From Candidatus Multivoradales bacterium (GTDB taxonomy: Bacteria > Acidobacteriota > Thermoanaerobaculia > Multivoradales > JAHEKO01), in the NCBI GenBank assembly GCA_965223855.1, contig CBDCXM010000008.1:160001-224000 (forward strand): a stretch of DNA of 64,000 nucleotides, read 5' to 3'. Made by a program: the position numbers and the translations under genes. Below the pieces are notes generated by a model. It was not told the origin of the DNA. It saw only the letters and a program-made list of their open reading frames with translations, and did not search any database. Of the stretch, positions 1 through 9,748 are shown one piece after another (position 1 is the stretch's first letter; every line of letters starts with the position of its first letter).

Positions 1-753
1 GGCGGTCCTGGCGACCGGTTTCAGACTCGAAGACGTGGCGCTCTCCGGGGGAAGAAGAGAGCCGGCCAGCGCCTCGGAGATCGAGTCCTGAACCTCGAAC
101 ACCTCCTCGAGGGTCGCATCGAAGCTATCCGCCCAGCGGCTCGCCCCGGTCTCCGACTCGACGACCTGGCAGTTGATCCTCAGTCGCCCCCCGCTCTCCT
201 GCACGAGACCGGTGACGACCGCGTCCACCCGCAACCGCTCGGCGATCCTCGAGGGTGAGAGCGCGGTCGCATCCTCTCCCCGAAGCGAGGCCGGGGGCAG
301 CACCCGCAGCCGGCCGAGGCGGCTCAGCTGTGTCGCCACCGAGTCCGCCATCGCCAGCCCCAGCGCCGCAGATTCGCCCGTCGCCGGCGTCGCTTCGAAC
401 TGGACGACCGCCACCGCCCGGATCGGCGCCGGGCCGCTCTCGACCACCGTCACGGGAACGGCGAAGCGGTACCCCCGTCGCGGGATGGTGTCGATATAGA
501 CCTGCGAAGGCTCCTCCTGGGCGAACAGGCTTCGCAGCGTATAGATGTTCTGCGGCAGCACGCTCTCGCCGACGAACTGCCCCGGCCAGGCGGTATCGAG
601 CAGGCGCCGCTTGCCGAGCGTCTCCCCGGCCTGCTGCACGAGGGCAACGAGCACCGCCATCGCCTTGGGGGTGAGCGCGAGCGCCTCCCCTCCGCGCGTC
701 AGCGCACGTTGCCGGTCGTCGAGCTCGAACGGCCCGAAGGCGTACTTCGCCAT
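1..753 (-). CDS. CadC/OmpR-type winged-helix DNA-binding protein with TolB-like domain (C-terminus runs off the window)
   Basis: Not in the ORF track (no stop in window). Manual translation from ATG 753: MAKYAFGPFELD...LTPKAMAVLVALV...LLDTAWPGQFVGESVLPQNIYTLR...YIDTIPRRGYRF (trans_reg_C), then AVAVVQF...RLRINCQVV...WADSFD...VFEVQDSI (TolB-like). Confidence 0.85.
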   Translation of the reverse strand, partial: MAKYAFGPFELDDRQRALTRGGEALALTPKAMAVLVALVQQAGETLGKRRLLDTAWPGQFVGESVLPQNIYTLRSLFAQEEPSQVYIDTIPRRGYRFAVPVTVVESGPAPIRAVAVVQFEATPATGESAALGLAMADSVATQLSRLGRLRVLPPASLRGEDATALSPSRIAERLRVDAVVTGLVQESGGRLRINCQVVESETGASRWADSFDATLEEVFEVQDSISEALAGSLLPPESATSSSLKPVARTA

Positions 754-760
754 CAGCGGC

Positions 761-778
761 TTTGAAGTTTCTTTGAAG
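761..778. promoter_or_regulatory. Tandem direct repeat TTTGAAG-N4-TTTGAAG, candidate wHTH operator
   Basis: Copies at 761-767 and 772-778 (11-bp period) in the divergent spacer between the wHTH regulator and the ECF sigma factor. Confidence 0.5.
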
Positions 779-833
779 AAGCGTTGAGCACGAACGGAAA
801 GACTCCGCGTCGAAGCGTCTCTAGCCTCTGCGC

Positions 834-1508
834 ATGGCCCGGAAGATTCGAGGAGACGACGCCATGCAAACAGCACTTCGAGGAGCCGCGCAGCAGTTCG
901 ACCAGTCTACAGGGGGCTCTCGCAGTGTCCCCTCGCAGTCAGAGGGTGACGCCGCCCTCGCCGAGAGCATCGCTCGCGGCGACGAAGCCGCCTTCGAGCA
1001 ACTCGTCGAAGAGCACGCGGCCGGCATTCGCCTCTACCTGTGTGCACGTTCGCCCCATGCCTGGCAGGTCGAGGAGATCCTCCAGGACACCCTGCTGCAG
1101 GCGTGGTCTCAGATCTCACGCTTCGACGCCGGGCGCGGCAATCTCAGGAGCTGGCTGCTGGTGCTGGCACGCTCGCGGTGGATCGACCAGTGCCGCAGGC
1201 TCCGCGCCAGCCGACGGCGCGAACAGCGGGCGTGGGAGGAGGAGCAGTGCCGCTTCGAGGGGCGGGAGTCGGCGATCGGCACCCGGGAACTCGAACGACA
1301 GGCCGACCGGCGGGCGGTCACTGCCGCGCTCGCCGATCTGCCCGAAGGGCAGCGCGAGTGCGTGCGCCTGGCCTTCTTCGAGTCGCTGACTCACGTCCAG
1401 ATCGCGGAGCGACTCGACGCGCCGCTCGGGACCGTCAAGTCGCGCATTCTCTACGGCCTGAGGAAGCTGCGAACTTCGCTCGAGGCGCTCGAAGTCGCCG
1501 CAGCCTGA
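834..1508 (+). CDS. ECF RNA polymerase sigma-70 factor (alternative start ATG 864 with AGGAG SD)
   Basis: GDEAAFEQL, EEILQDTLLQAW, FDAGRGNLRSWL (region 2); LPEGQRECVRLAFFESLTHVQIAERLDAPLGTVKSRI (region 4). Confidence 0.92.
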   Translation: MARKIRGDDAMQTALRGAAQQFDQSTGGSRSVPSQSEGDAALAESIARGDEAAFEQLVEEHAAGIRLYLCARSPHAWQVEEILQDTLLQAWSQISRFDAGRGNLRSWLLVLARSRWIDQCRRLRASRRREQRAWEEEQCRFEGRESAIGTRELERQADRRAVTAALADLPEGQRECVRLAFFESLTHVQIAERLDAPLGTVKSRILYGLRKLRTSLEALEVAAA

Positions 1509-1563
1509 CTCGAGCCCGAATCGCCGGCGCTACAGGTCAAGCACAGCGGGTTAGCATCACAGC

Positions 1564-2988
1564 ATGGCGGACCGCGCTACCCTCCTGCGGCAGCTCCCGC
1601 AGGTCGATCAGCTCCTCCACGAGGGCGCGTTCCCCGCGCTCCAGGAGGAGCACGGGAGAACGCGAGTCGTAGCGGCGCTGCGCAGCGAGATCGGCGCAGT
1701 GCGCGCCTCCCTCGTCGAGGGTGACGGCGAGCTCCCGACGACCGCCGACGACTGGTCCGAGCGCACCCGGCTTCGCATCGAGCGCGACCGTAAGACCTAC
1801 TACCACCCGGTCCTCAATGCGACCGGGGTGATCCTCCACACCGGTCTGGGGCGGGCCTCCCTTCCGGCCGAGGCCGCGGAGGCTGTTCGAAGTCTCGCCG
1901 TCGCCCCTCAGCGCCTCGAGATCGACCCCGACACCGGCAGACGGGGAGGGCGCGACGAAGGGTGTTCCCGCCGGCTGCGCGAGCTGCTCGCCTGCGAGGC
2001 GGCAACGGTCGTCAACAACAACGCCGCCGCGACGCTCGTCGCCCTCGCGGCGATGTGCGAGGGGCGCAAGGTCGTCCTGTCACGCGGCGAGCTAGTGGAG
2101 ATCGGCGGCTCGTACCGGGTGCCGGAGATCATCGCTCAGAGCGGTGCCGAGCTGTGCGAGGTCGGCACCACCAACCGGACCCACTTGACGGACTATGCCT
2201 CCGCTCTCGAACAGGAGGCCGTCGGTGCGCTCCTCAAGGTCCACACGTCGAACTATCGCGTGCTCGGGTTCACCAGCTCGGTCGACATCGCCGCCCTGGC
2301 CGCCCTGGCGCGCGAACATGGGGTACCGCTCCTCCACGACCTCGGCTCCGGCTGCCTCGTCGACCCGTGGCGGGGCGAGGAGGAGGGGCCAGCGGCGTGG
2401 TTCGAGGAGCAGTCCGCCCGCCATTCTCTGGCCGCGGGCAGCGACCTCGTCTGCTTCAGCGGCGACAAGCTGCTGGGGGGACCGCAGGCGGGGATTCTCG
2501 CTGGTAGCGCGGCCGCGGTGGAACGGTGTCGCCGGCACCCCCTCTTCCGCGCGATGCGCCCCGGGCGGATGGTGTACACCGCGCTGGAGGCGACGCTCGA
2601 GCTCTATCTCTCGGGACCGGAGCGAGCGGTCGAGGCGATCCCGGCCCTGAAGCAGCTCGCCGAGCCGGCGGCGAAGGTTCGCGAGCGGGCCGAGCGACTG
2701 GCAGCGGCGATCGACGGCCTCGCGTCGCTCGAAGCGACGGTCGTCGAGACCACCGCCAGTGCCGGCAGCGGCGCGCTGCCGCTCGTCGAGGTGCCGAGCT
2801 TCGGCATCCGCCTCGAAGTCGCCGGCTCGAGTGCCGAGGAGAGCGCTCGACGGCTCCGAACGGGCACTCCGTCCCTGCTGGCCAGGATTCGCGACGACGC
2901 CCTTCGGCTCGATGCGAGGACGCTCACGGACGGCGAGCTGGAGACGGTCGTCGCGGCCCTCTCGCGGCTCGGCGCTCCAGCACCCTGA
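1564..2988 (+). CDS. selA: L-seryl-tRNA(Sec) selenium transferase
   Basis: NATGVILHTGLGRA, VVNNNAAA, SRGELVEIGGSYRVPEI, EVGTTNRTH, KVHTSNY, FSGDKLLGGPQAG (PLP lysine). Confidence 0.95.
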   Translation: MADRATLLRQLPQVDQLLHEGAFPALQEEHGRTRVVAALRSEIGAVRASLVEGDGELPTTADDWSERTRLRIERDRKTYYHPVLNATGVILHTGLGRASLPAEAAEAVRSLAVAPQRLEIDPDTGRRGGRDEGCSRRLRELLACEAATVVNNNAAATLVALAAMCEGRKVVLSRGELVEIGGSYRVPEIIAQSGAELCEVGTTNRTHLTDYASALEQEAVGALLKVHTSNYRVLGFTSSVDIAALAALAREHGVPLLHDLGSGCLVDPWRGEEEGPAAWFEEQSARHSLAAGSDLVCFSGDKLLGGPQAGILAGSAAAVERCRRHPLFRAMRPGRMVYTALEATLELYLSGPERAVEAIPALKQLAEPAAKVRERAERLAAAIDGLASLEATVVETTASAGSGALPLVEVPSFGIRLEVAGSSAEESARRLRTGTPSLLARIRDDALRLDARTLTDGELETVVAALSRLGAPAP

Positions 2989-3062
2989 CCTCGTCCAGAC
3001 CGGCGACGCCGCGCCGACCCCGGTTTGCCCGTCGCGCCGCCGTGCGACACAATCCGCGGCCG

Positions 3063-3704
3063 ATGAGTGATTTCGAAGGCACTGCCCCGGAGCCGTCCGG
3101 GACCGTCGACGAGGGTCCCTGGCAGACCTGGGTTCACGAACTGCGCCAGAGACTCGAGGATCCCACCCCCCACCGCCTCGAGGAAGAGCACATCGGCCGG
3201 CCGGCCTCGGTACTCGTTCCGCTCTACGTCCATGCCGGCGAACTCTGGGTGGTCCTGACGCGACGCTCCGAGGACCTGATGCATCACGGCGGGCAGGTGG
3301 CCTTTCCGGGCGGTGGCCGCGAACCGGGCGAAGACGAGTGGGACGCGGCCCTTCGAGAGACGCAGGAGGAGATCGGCCTCGAGCCGGGACGGATCCTCAA
3401 GCTCGGGATGCTCGACGAGCGCTATGCCGAAGTCAGCGACTACCGCATCCAGCCCTGTGTCGGCGTCGTCCCGTTTCCGCTGGAGACGACCCCCAACCCG
3501 GACGAGATCGACGAGATCTTCACCATCCCCCTGCTCCAGTTCACCGACGTCCGGGTGATCGAGGAGCGGCTCGTCGAATGGCGGGGCCAGGAGCGGCAGG
3601 TCCGCGTCTACCACGTCGGCCGGCACGCGGTATGGGGCCTCACCGCCAGGATCATGCAGAACCTGATCGAGCGGCTCGGCTTCGTCGAAGCGACCGAGGT
3701 CTGA
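3063..3704 (+). CDS. CoA pyrophosphatase, Nudix family (NudL/YeaB-like)
   Basis: VLTRRSEDLMHHGGQVAFPGG (UPF0035 motif), Nudix box ALRETQEEIGL, VWGLTARI; start trimmed to ATG 3063. Confidence 0.9.
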   Translation: MSDFEGTAPEPSGTVDEGPWQTWVHELRQRLEDPTPHRLEEEHIGRPASVLVPLYVHAGELWVVLTRRSEDLMHHGGQVAFPGGGREPGEDEWDAALRETQEEIGLEPGRILKLGMLDERYAEVSDYRIQPCVGVVPFPLETTPNPDEIDEIFTIPLLQFTDVRVIEERLVEWRGQERQVRVYHVGRHAVWGLTARIMQNLIERLGFVEATEV

Positions 3705-3716
3705 CCCGGTGCGGGC

Positions 3717-3897
3717 AGCCTGAGCTTCTCACGCCACTGTGGTCTGGTAGGTCGTAGGTTGCTGGAGATACAAGGTTTCCGGTCGCGAGCACCGGAGGCA
3801 TAGCCGTAGCTACGTCGAGGAGCGCAGTGACCGGATAACGCAGTAGATTCAGTGACATACGGCCTACCAGGCTACAGTGGCGTGAGAAGTCCAGGCT
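3717..3897. repeat. 181-bp palindromic structured element, copy 1 (MITE/RPE/REPIN-like)
   Basis: About 35-bp closing inverted repeat plus inner stems; homologous to 18069-18249; lies between convergent genes. Confidence 0.9.
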
Positions 3898-5000
3898 AGT
3901 TGAGCTGGGCGCTCAGCCACGCCTCGATGAACGGATCGAGGTCGCCGTCGAGCACCCGGTCGGCATTGCCGATCTCGACGTCGGTCCGGTGGTCCTTCAC
4001 CATCCGGTACGGGTGGAGCACGTAGCTGCGGATCTGGCTGCCCCAGGCGATGTCCTTCTTCTGCCCCTCGCGCTCGGCCGCTTCCTCCGCCCGCTTCTTC
4101 ATCTCCAGGTCGTAGAGGCGCGCCTTGAGCATCTTGAGAGCCATCGCCCGGTTCTTGTGCTGCGAGCGCTCGTTCTGACAGGAGACGACGGTGTTGGTCG
4201 GCAGGTGGGTCATCCGCACCGCCGAATCGGTCTTGTTGACGTGCTGCCCGCCGGCGCCCGACGCGCGATAGGTATCGACCCGCACGTCCTTGTCGTCGAT
4301 CTCGATCTCGACGTCGTCGTCGACCTCCGGGTAGACGTAGACCGACGCGAACGAGGTGTGCCGCCGGCTGGCGGCATCGAACGGGCTGATCCTCACCAGC
4401 CGATGGACGCCGGTTTCCCCCTGCAGATAACCGTAAGCATTCGGTCCGCGAACGGCGAACTCGGCGCTCTTGATGCCCGCCTCGTCGCCATCGAGACGTG
4501 ACAGCAGTTCGACCTCGTAGCCCTTCGCCTCGCCCCACCGCAGAAACATTCGCAGCAGCATCTCCGCCCAGTCCTGCGACTCGGTGCCGCCGGCCCCGGG
4601 ATGGATATCGACCAGCGCGTTCTTCTCGTCGTCCGGCCCCGACAGCTTCATCTCGAGCTCGAGAGTCCTCAGACGGGGCTCCAGCTCATCGAGGAATGCC
4701 GTCAGCTCGGTGTCGGCCTCGCCCTCGGCGAGGAGCTCACCCCAAGCCTCCAGCTCTTCGCCATCGGAGCGCAACTGCTTGAGGGTGCCGAGCTTGCGCT
4801 CGACGGCGCTCCTCTCCCGCAGCAGCGGGGCGCTCTTCGACGGGTCGTCCCAGAACCCCTCGACCTGGGTTTTCGCGTCGAGCTCGGTCAGGCGCTCTTC
4901 GAGGCCGGCCTGTTCAAAGATACCCCCGGAGCTGAAGGAGCTGCCCGGCGAGGGCGTCGATGCGGGACTGGATGTCGGCGGCGGTGTCGAGGTTGCTCAT
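3896..5000 (-). CDS. prfB: Peptide chain release factor 2, with programmed +1 frameshift at about 4914-4919
   Basis: ATG 5000 gives 28 codons ending CGG GGG TAT CTT TGA A; the +1 frame continues EQAGLEERL...FWDDP into the ORF with SPF (ISPFD) and GGQ (GAGGQHVN) motifs. Confidence 0.96.
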
Positions 5001-5042
5001 GGGAGTCTCACGGGTGCGGTCTCGGTGTGCGAAGCACCTACC

Positions 5043-6572
5043 CTATCTCGCATCACGTCTGCCCGCGAACGGCCGAGGGAACGACCCCGAGCGGCTCAGC
5101 CAGGCGATCATCGCGAGCAGCGACATCACAGCGGGCGGGCCCCATGGCAGACGCGAATAGGGGGTGAGGTCGGTCGCCGGAGCCACCGCCACGCGCAGCG
5201 TCCCCTCCTCCCCGACTCCGAGCTGCTGCTCGACCTCGCCGTCCGGCCCGACGACGACGGACACTCCGGTGATGGCGGCGCGCAGCAGGGTCCTGCGGCT
5301 CTCGGCGGCCCGGAACCGGGCTCCCCTCAGGTGCTGCCACGGCGCCCAGGTGTCGCCGTACCAGGCGTCGTTGACCACGGTCACGAGGACCGTGGCGCCG
5401 GCGGCGACCTGTTCGGCGACGAGGGTCGGGTAGATGACTTCGTAGCAGACGGCGACGCCGATCCGATGACCCTGCCACTCCAGCAGCGCCGGGCCGTCTC
5501 CGCGGTCGAAGTCTCCTGCCGCTCGGGCGAGCTTGTCGAGGAACGGCAGGACCCCCTTGAACGGGACGTACTCGCCGAACGGCACCAGCTGGCGCTTGTC
5601 GTAGCGACCGGTCGGCCCGTCCGGACCGACCAGCAGCACCGAGTTGAGGTACGGCAGTCCTTCCCCCTGGCGGGTGATCGAGTTGACGAGCAGCGGGCAG
5701 CCGTTGTCGGCGATCGCGTCGAGGTCCTCGGCGAGGAAGGGATGGCGGTCGTACTCGTAGGGCCAGAAGCCGCTCTCCGGCAGCACCAGCAGTGCGGGCT
5801 CGCGACACGCCTCACCCGCCATGCCTCGCATCCGCCGGTAGTTCCGATCCACCGTCTCCTGCTCGTAGCGAACCAGGTTGGGGATGTTGGGCTGGAGCAC
5901 CCGGAACTCGCTCGCTCCCGAGGCGCCGGACGGCTCCGGTGCCGACACCGCTCCGACGGCGAGCAGGAGGGCGACCCCCGCCACGGTCGCCGCCCAGATC
6001 CGGACCCTCCCACTGCGCAGCCACAACGCCCCGGCGACGTTGACGAGGAGCACGAGCGCGCTCACGCCGTAGGCTCCGATCCACGCCGACAGGGGCAGTG
6101 CACCCGGCACCTCGACCACCGCGTAGGCCGCGACATTCCACGGAAAGCCGCTGAAGAGGTACTCCCGCAGCCACTCGAGGGCGACCCACAGCGCCGGCAG
6201 GCCGAGAAGCGCCCGCCAGCCACCCGCCCGCCACAGCCCGCTGCCGAACCAGCCGAACGGCACCCAGAAGAGCAGACTGAGGAAGGCGGCGAGGAGCAGC
6301 ACTCCGAGCCACGACAGCGGCCCGGGGATGCCGCCGAAGCTCGCCAGTGTCGCTGGAATCCAGTAGAGGCCCACCGTCCAGAAGGCGGTGCCGTGGATCC
6401 AGGTCAACAGCGCCGGGCGGCGGCCGCCGAGGAGCGGGAAGAGCGGTACCAGCGCCCCCCAGGGCGCGAGCAGCAGGCCCCCACGGCCGAAGCAGCACGC
6501 CCACAGCACCCCGCCGAGCAGCGCGATCAGCGGCCACAGCCAACGGTGCCTGGACGAGGCTTCCGTCATCAC
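5043..6572 (-). CDS. lnt: Apolipoprotein N-acyltransferase
   Basis: N-terminal TMs, LEWLR..GFPW, QPNI, LPES, YDKRQLVPFGEY, VCYE, NDAWYG (nitrilase E-K-C triad); upstream of prfB as commonly seen. Confidence 0.95.
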   Translation of the reverse strand: MMTEASSRHRWLWPLIALLGGVLWACCFGRGGLLLAPWGALVPLFPLLGGRRPALLTWIHGTAFWTVGLYWIPATLASFGGIPGPLSWLGVLLLAAFLSLLFWVPFGWFGSGLWRAGGWRALLGLPALWVALEWLREYLFSGFPWNVAAYAVVEVPGALPLSAWIGAYGVSALVLLVNVAGALWLRSGRVRIWAATVAGVALLLAVGAVSAPEPSGASGASEFRVLQPNIPNLVRYEQETVDRNYRRMRGMAGEACREPALLVLPESGFWPYEYDRHPFLAEDLDAIADNGCPLLVNSITRQGEGLPYLNSVLLVGPDGPTGRYDKRQLVPFGEYVPFKGVLPFLDKLARAAGDFDRGDGPALLEWQGHRIGVAVCYEVIYPTLVAEQVAAGATVLVTVVNDAWYGDTWAPWQHLRGARFRAAESRRTLLRAAITGVSVVVGPDGEVEQQLGVGEEGTLRVAVAPATDLTPYSRLPWGPPAVMSLLAMIAWLSRSGSFPRPFAGRRDAR

Positions 6573-6636
6573 CGTGGCCTCCCCTCACTCGGAGCGACCT
6601 GCGCTCTCGGAGCCTGGGCCCTCAGAGTCACCCGGG

Positions 6637-7446
6637 CTAGGTGGACTTCGAGGTGATCCAGGTGTCGAGCTTGTAGGCGCGCTTCACGGTGTCGGCGACC
6701 CGCTCGGCATCGCCGCGCTCCGTGTAAGGCCCGATGCGGACGCGGTACATCGTCCGCCCCTCGACCTCCACCGGCGACAGGAAGGCCGGATGCCCACCCG
6801 AGGTGAGTTGGCCGAGGACCTTGCGCGCCTGGTTGGCGTCGTTCGACGAGAAGACCTGCACCACCAGGTCTCCTTCGGCGCCCGCAGCGGGCCCGCTCGC
6901 CACCGCGGTCCCGGTCGACGCCACCTGCGGTTCGACCTCGCGGGTCACCGGCACCGGTGCCTCCGGCTCGTTGCGACGGCTGACCGCCTCTCCGGCGCGC
7001 ACGATCAGGTCCTCAGGTGGTGAGCGCCGCTCGGCGACCGCTTCGCGCTCCCTGCCCTCGAGGTCGTCGACGAGAGTCGTGCCGCTGCGCACGGTATCGA
7101 TCGCGGGCTTCTGCGGCTCGTCAGCATCCCGCCGACGCGGAGTCTCGCGAGCTCCGCCGTCGGAGGCGCTCTCCTCGCTCGTGCCGTCTCCGGCGGTAGC
7201 CGAGCCATCCTCGCCGTCGCGGAAGAAGTTGAGCTGGCCCACTTCGCCGTTCTCGACCGCGGCGGCCAGTTCGTCGCTCGCCACCTGCGGCGACGCCTCT
7301 CTGGCGGTCTCACCACCGTCGCGGCCGATCCACACACCGGAAAAGAACGCCGCGACGAGGCACAGCAGCAGGACGACGAAGATCTTGACGATCTGCGAGT
7401 GCGTCAGAGCGATCTCGTACCAGCTCGCTTCTCGGGATTCGGACAT
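6637..7446 (-). CDS. SPOR domain membrane protein
   Basis: Single N-terminal TM, low-complexity linker, C-terminal VQVFS...MYRVRIGPY..RGDAE SPOR domain. Confidence 0.85.
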   Translation of the reverse strand: MSESREASWYEIALTHSQIVKIFVVLLLCLVAAFFSGVWIGRDGGETAREASPQVASDELAAAVENGEVGQLNFFRDGEDGSATAGDGTSEESASDGGARETPRRRDADEPQKPAIDTVRSGTTLVDDLEGREREAVAERRSPPEDLIVRAGEAVSRRNEPEAPVPVTREVEPQVASTGTAVASGPAAGAEGDLVVQVFSSNDANQARKVLGQLTSGGHPAFLSPVEVEGRTMYRVRIGPYTERGDAERVADTVKRAYKLDTWITSKST

Positions 7447-7478
7447 CAAACTCTCCTACGGACGCAACAGCCGCTCGT

Positions 7479-8255
7479 CTAGAGGGATTCCCCGCCGCGA
7501 TTGGTGGGAATGAACGCCTTCATCAGGTCGATCGGCAGCGGGAAGACGATCGTCGAGTTGTGCTCGGCCGAGATCTCGGTGAGCGTTTGCAGATAGCGCA
7601 ACTGGAGTGTCGCCGGGTTGTCGGCGAACTTGCTGGCTGCTTCCGCCAGCGCCTCGGACGCCCGCAGCTCGCCGTCGGCATGGATGATCTTGGCCCGCTT
7701 CTCGCGCTCCGCCTCCGCCTGCCGCGCCATCGCACGCTGCATCTCCTGCGGCAGATCGACGTGCTTGACTTCGACCGAGGAGACCTTGATCCCCCACGGG
7801 TCGGTGTGCGCGTCGATGATCTCCTGGAGCTGGTCGTTGAGCTTCTCGCGCTCGGACAGCAGCTCGTCGAGCTCCGCCTGACCGAGCACCGAGCGCAGCG
7901 TCGTCTGCGCCATCTGACTCGTGGCGAAGAGGTAGTTCTCGACCTCGACGACCGACTTGGCCGGATCGACCACACGGAAGTAGACCACCGCATTGACCTT
8001 GACCGACACGTTGTCCTTGGTGATGACGTCCTGCGACGGCACGTCGTGAACGACCGTGCGCAGCGACACCTTCACCATCTTGTCGATCGGATACGGCACC
8101 AGCACGAGACCCGGGCCCTTGGCGCCGGGCACCAGGCGCCCGAGGCGGAAGATCACCCCCCGCTCGTACTCGTTGAGAACGTTGATCCAGCGGGTCAGCA
8201 GGAACAGACCCACGAGCATGAATGCGAAGAAAACGACACTCATCGAGCCGATCAT
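7479..8255 (-). CDS. SPFH/stomatin (slipin) family protein
   Basis: [63 protein letters not shown]. Confidence 0.95.
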   Translation of the reverse strand: MIGSMSVVFFAFMLVGLFLLTRWINVLNEYERGVIFRLGRLVPGAKGPGLVLVPYPIDKMVKVSLRTVVHDVPSQDVITKDNVSVKVNAVVYFRVVDPAKSVVEVENYLFATSQMAQTTLRSVLGQAELDELLSEREKLNDQLQEIIDAHTDPWGIKVSSVEVKHVDLPQEMQRAMARQAEAEREKRAKIIHADGELRASEALAEAASKFADNPATLQLRYLQTLTEISAEHNSTIVFPLPIDLMKAFIPTNRGGESL

Positions 8256-8288
8256 CGGACGATCCTCCTCTGCTTGCGGTGCATCGGG

Positions 8289-9617
8289 TCAGGCTTCGGG
8301 TTCGACCCGCAGCGTCATGCCGTCGACCGCGACGACACGAATCGGCGTGCCGCTCGCGATCTCACGGTCGGCAATAGCGTTCCACAGCTCGCCGTGAATG
8401 AAAACCTTGCCGGCGGGATCGAGGTCGGAGCGCGCCACCCCCTTGCGCAGCAGCAGCCCCTCGGCGCCGGTGGTCACGCCGCTGCGGTGGGTGCGGACGA
8501 CCATCGTCAGCAGGATGCCGCCGACCAGCGCGCTCATCGCGGTCAGCGAGGCGATCACCTCCCAGCTCACCCTCACCGCCGGGTCGGTGCTCTTGAACAG
8601 CAGCACGTAGCCCATCACCAGCGAGGCGAGCGCCGCCAGCGACAGGAAGCCGTAGCTCGTCACCTTGATCTCGGCGATGAACAGCACTCCCGCCAGTAAC
8701 AGCAGCAGGATCCCGGCGTAGTTGACCGGCAGCACCGAGAGCGCCAGGAAGGCGAGGATCAGGCTGATCGCTCCGATCACCCCCGGGATCAGCGTTCCCG
8801 GGTTCTGGAACTCGAAGTAGAGGCCGAGGAAGCCGAGCGACATCAGGATCGCCGCGATGTTCGGGTGGGCGATCAGCGACAGGAACTTCTGGTAGCCGCT
8901 CATCTCGAAACTCTGGCGGGCGGCGCCGACGGTCGCGATCGTCGTCTCGCCGTCGCGGATTTCGCGGCCGTCCAGCTGGTCGAGCAGGTCGTCCAGATCG
9001 GTCGCCACCAGGTCGATCAGCCCCTCCTCGAGCGCCTCGTCGGCGGTGAACGAGCGGCTGTCGATCACCGCCGAGACCGCCAGCTCGACCGGCCGGCCGT
9101 TGCGCTCCGCCAGCGAGCGCATCTGCGCCGAGGCGTCCTCCTCGACCTTCGCCCCCATGTCGCCCTCGATGTCCTTGCCGTCCCCGGCCACCGGGTGGGC
9201 CGCGCCGGTGTTGGTCCCCGGCGCCATCGCGGCGACGTCCGCCGACATCAGGAGGAAGAACCCGGCGGAGGCGGCATGAGCTCCGGTCGGTGACACGTAG
9301 ACCACCACCGGCACGTCGCTGTTGAGCATCAGGGTCGAGATCTCACGCGTCTGATCGAGCATCCCGCCTGGAGTCGAGAGCTCCATCACGACCACAGAGG
9401 CATCCAGTTCCTCCGCCCTGGCGAGAGCCTCGGCGACGAACTCGGTCGTGCCGCGGTGAATGATCGAGTCGACGGTGAAGTGGAGCGCCGGCCCGGAACG
9501 GGCCTCGCTCGCTTCCGTCTCCTGAGCCAGCGACGGACCCGTTGCGCCTGCCAACAGGACAGCAAGGAGAACCGCCGGCAGCGCGAAGAGGCTCGGAAAG
9601 ATCTTTGTTCTCGGCAC
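8289..9617 (-). CDS. nfeD: NfeD family membrane-bound ClpP-like serine protease
   Basis: TPGG, AASAG, MAPGTNTGAAHPV, TM segment, C-terminal GKVFIHGELWNA; paired with SPFH; GTG 9617 follows a GAGGAG SD. Confidence 0.92.
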   Translation of the reverse strand: MPRTKIFPSLFALPAVLLAVLLAGATGPSLAQETEASEARSGPALHFTVDSIIHRGTTEFVAEALARAEELDASVVVMELSTPGGMLDQTREISTLMLNSDVPVVVYVSPTGAHAASAGFFLLMSADVAAMAPGTNTGAAHPVAGDGKDIEGDMGAKVEEDASAQMRSLAERNGRPVELAVSAVIDSRSFTADEALEEGLIDLVATDLDDLLDQLDGREIRDGETTIATVGAARQSFEMSGYQKFLSLIAHPNIAAILMSLGFLGLYFEFQNPGTLIPGVIGAISLILAFLALSVLPVNYAGILLLLLAGVLFIAEIKVTSYGFLSLAALASLVMGYVLLFKSTDPAVRVSWEVIASLTAMSALVGGILLTMVVRTHRSGVTTGAEGLLLRKGVARSDLDPAGKVFIHGELWNAIADREIASGTPIRVVAVDGMTLRVEPEA

Positions 9618-9748
9618 TTTAGGGCTCCTCAAACGCCTGTTCCACTATATCGCCTGCGACCCGGGACTGCTGACAACGAATACGCGACCGCGCCGGCAGC
9701 TCTTCCGGCGGTTCTTCCCACTGTTTCGCCCCGATGTCGGTCGTGGAT

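Noticed and set aside
3652-3858. Short ORFs (YPVxALLDVATAMPPVLATG) recurring at 17821-18240
   Set aside because: They reflect the repeated DNA element; starts and ends differ and there is no coding signature.
4914-4916. In-frame TGA near selA as a possible selenocysteine codon
   Set aside because: It is the RF2 frameshift stop; the protein continues in the +1 frame.
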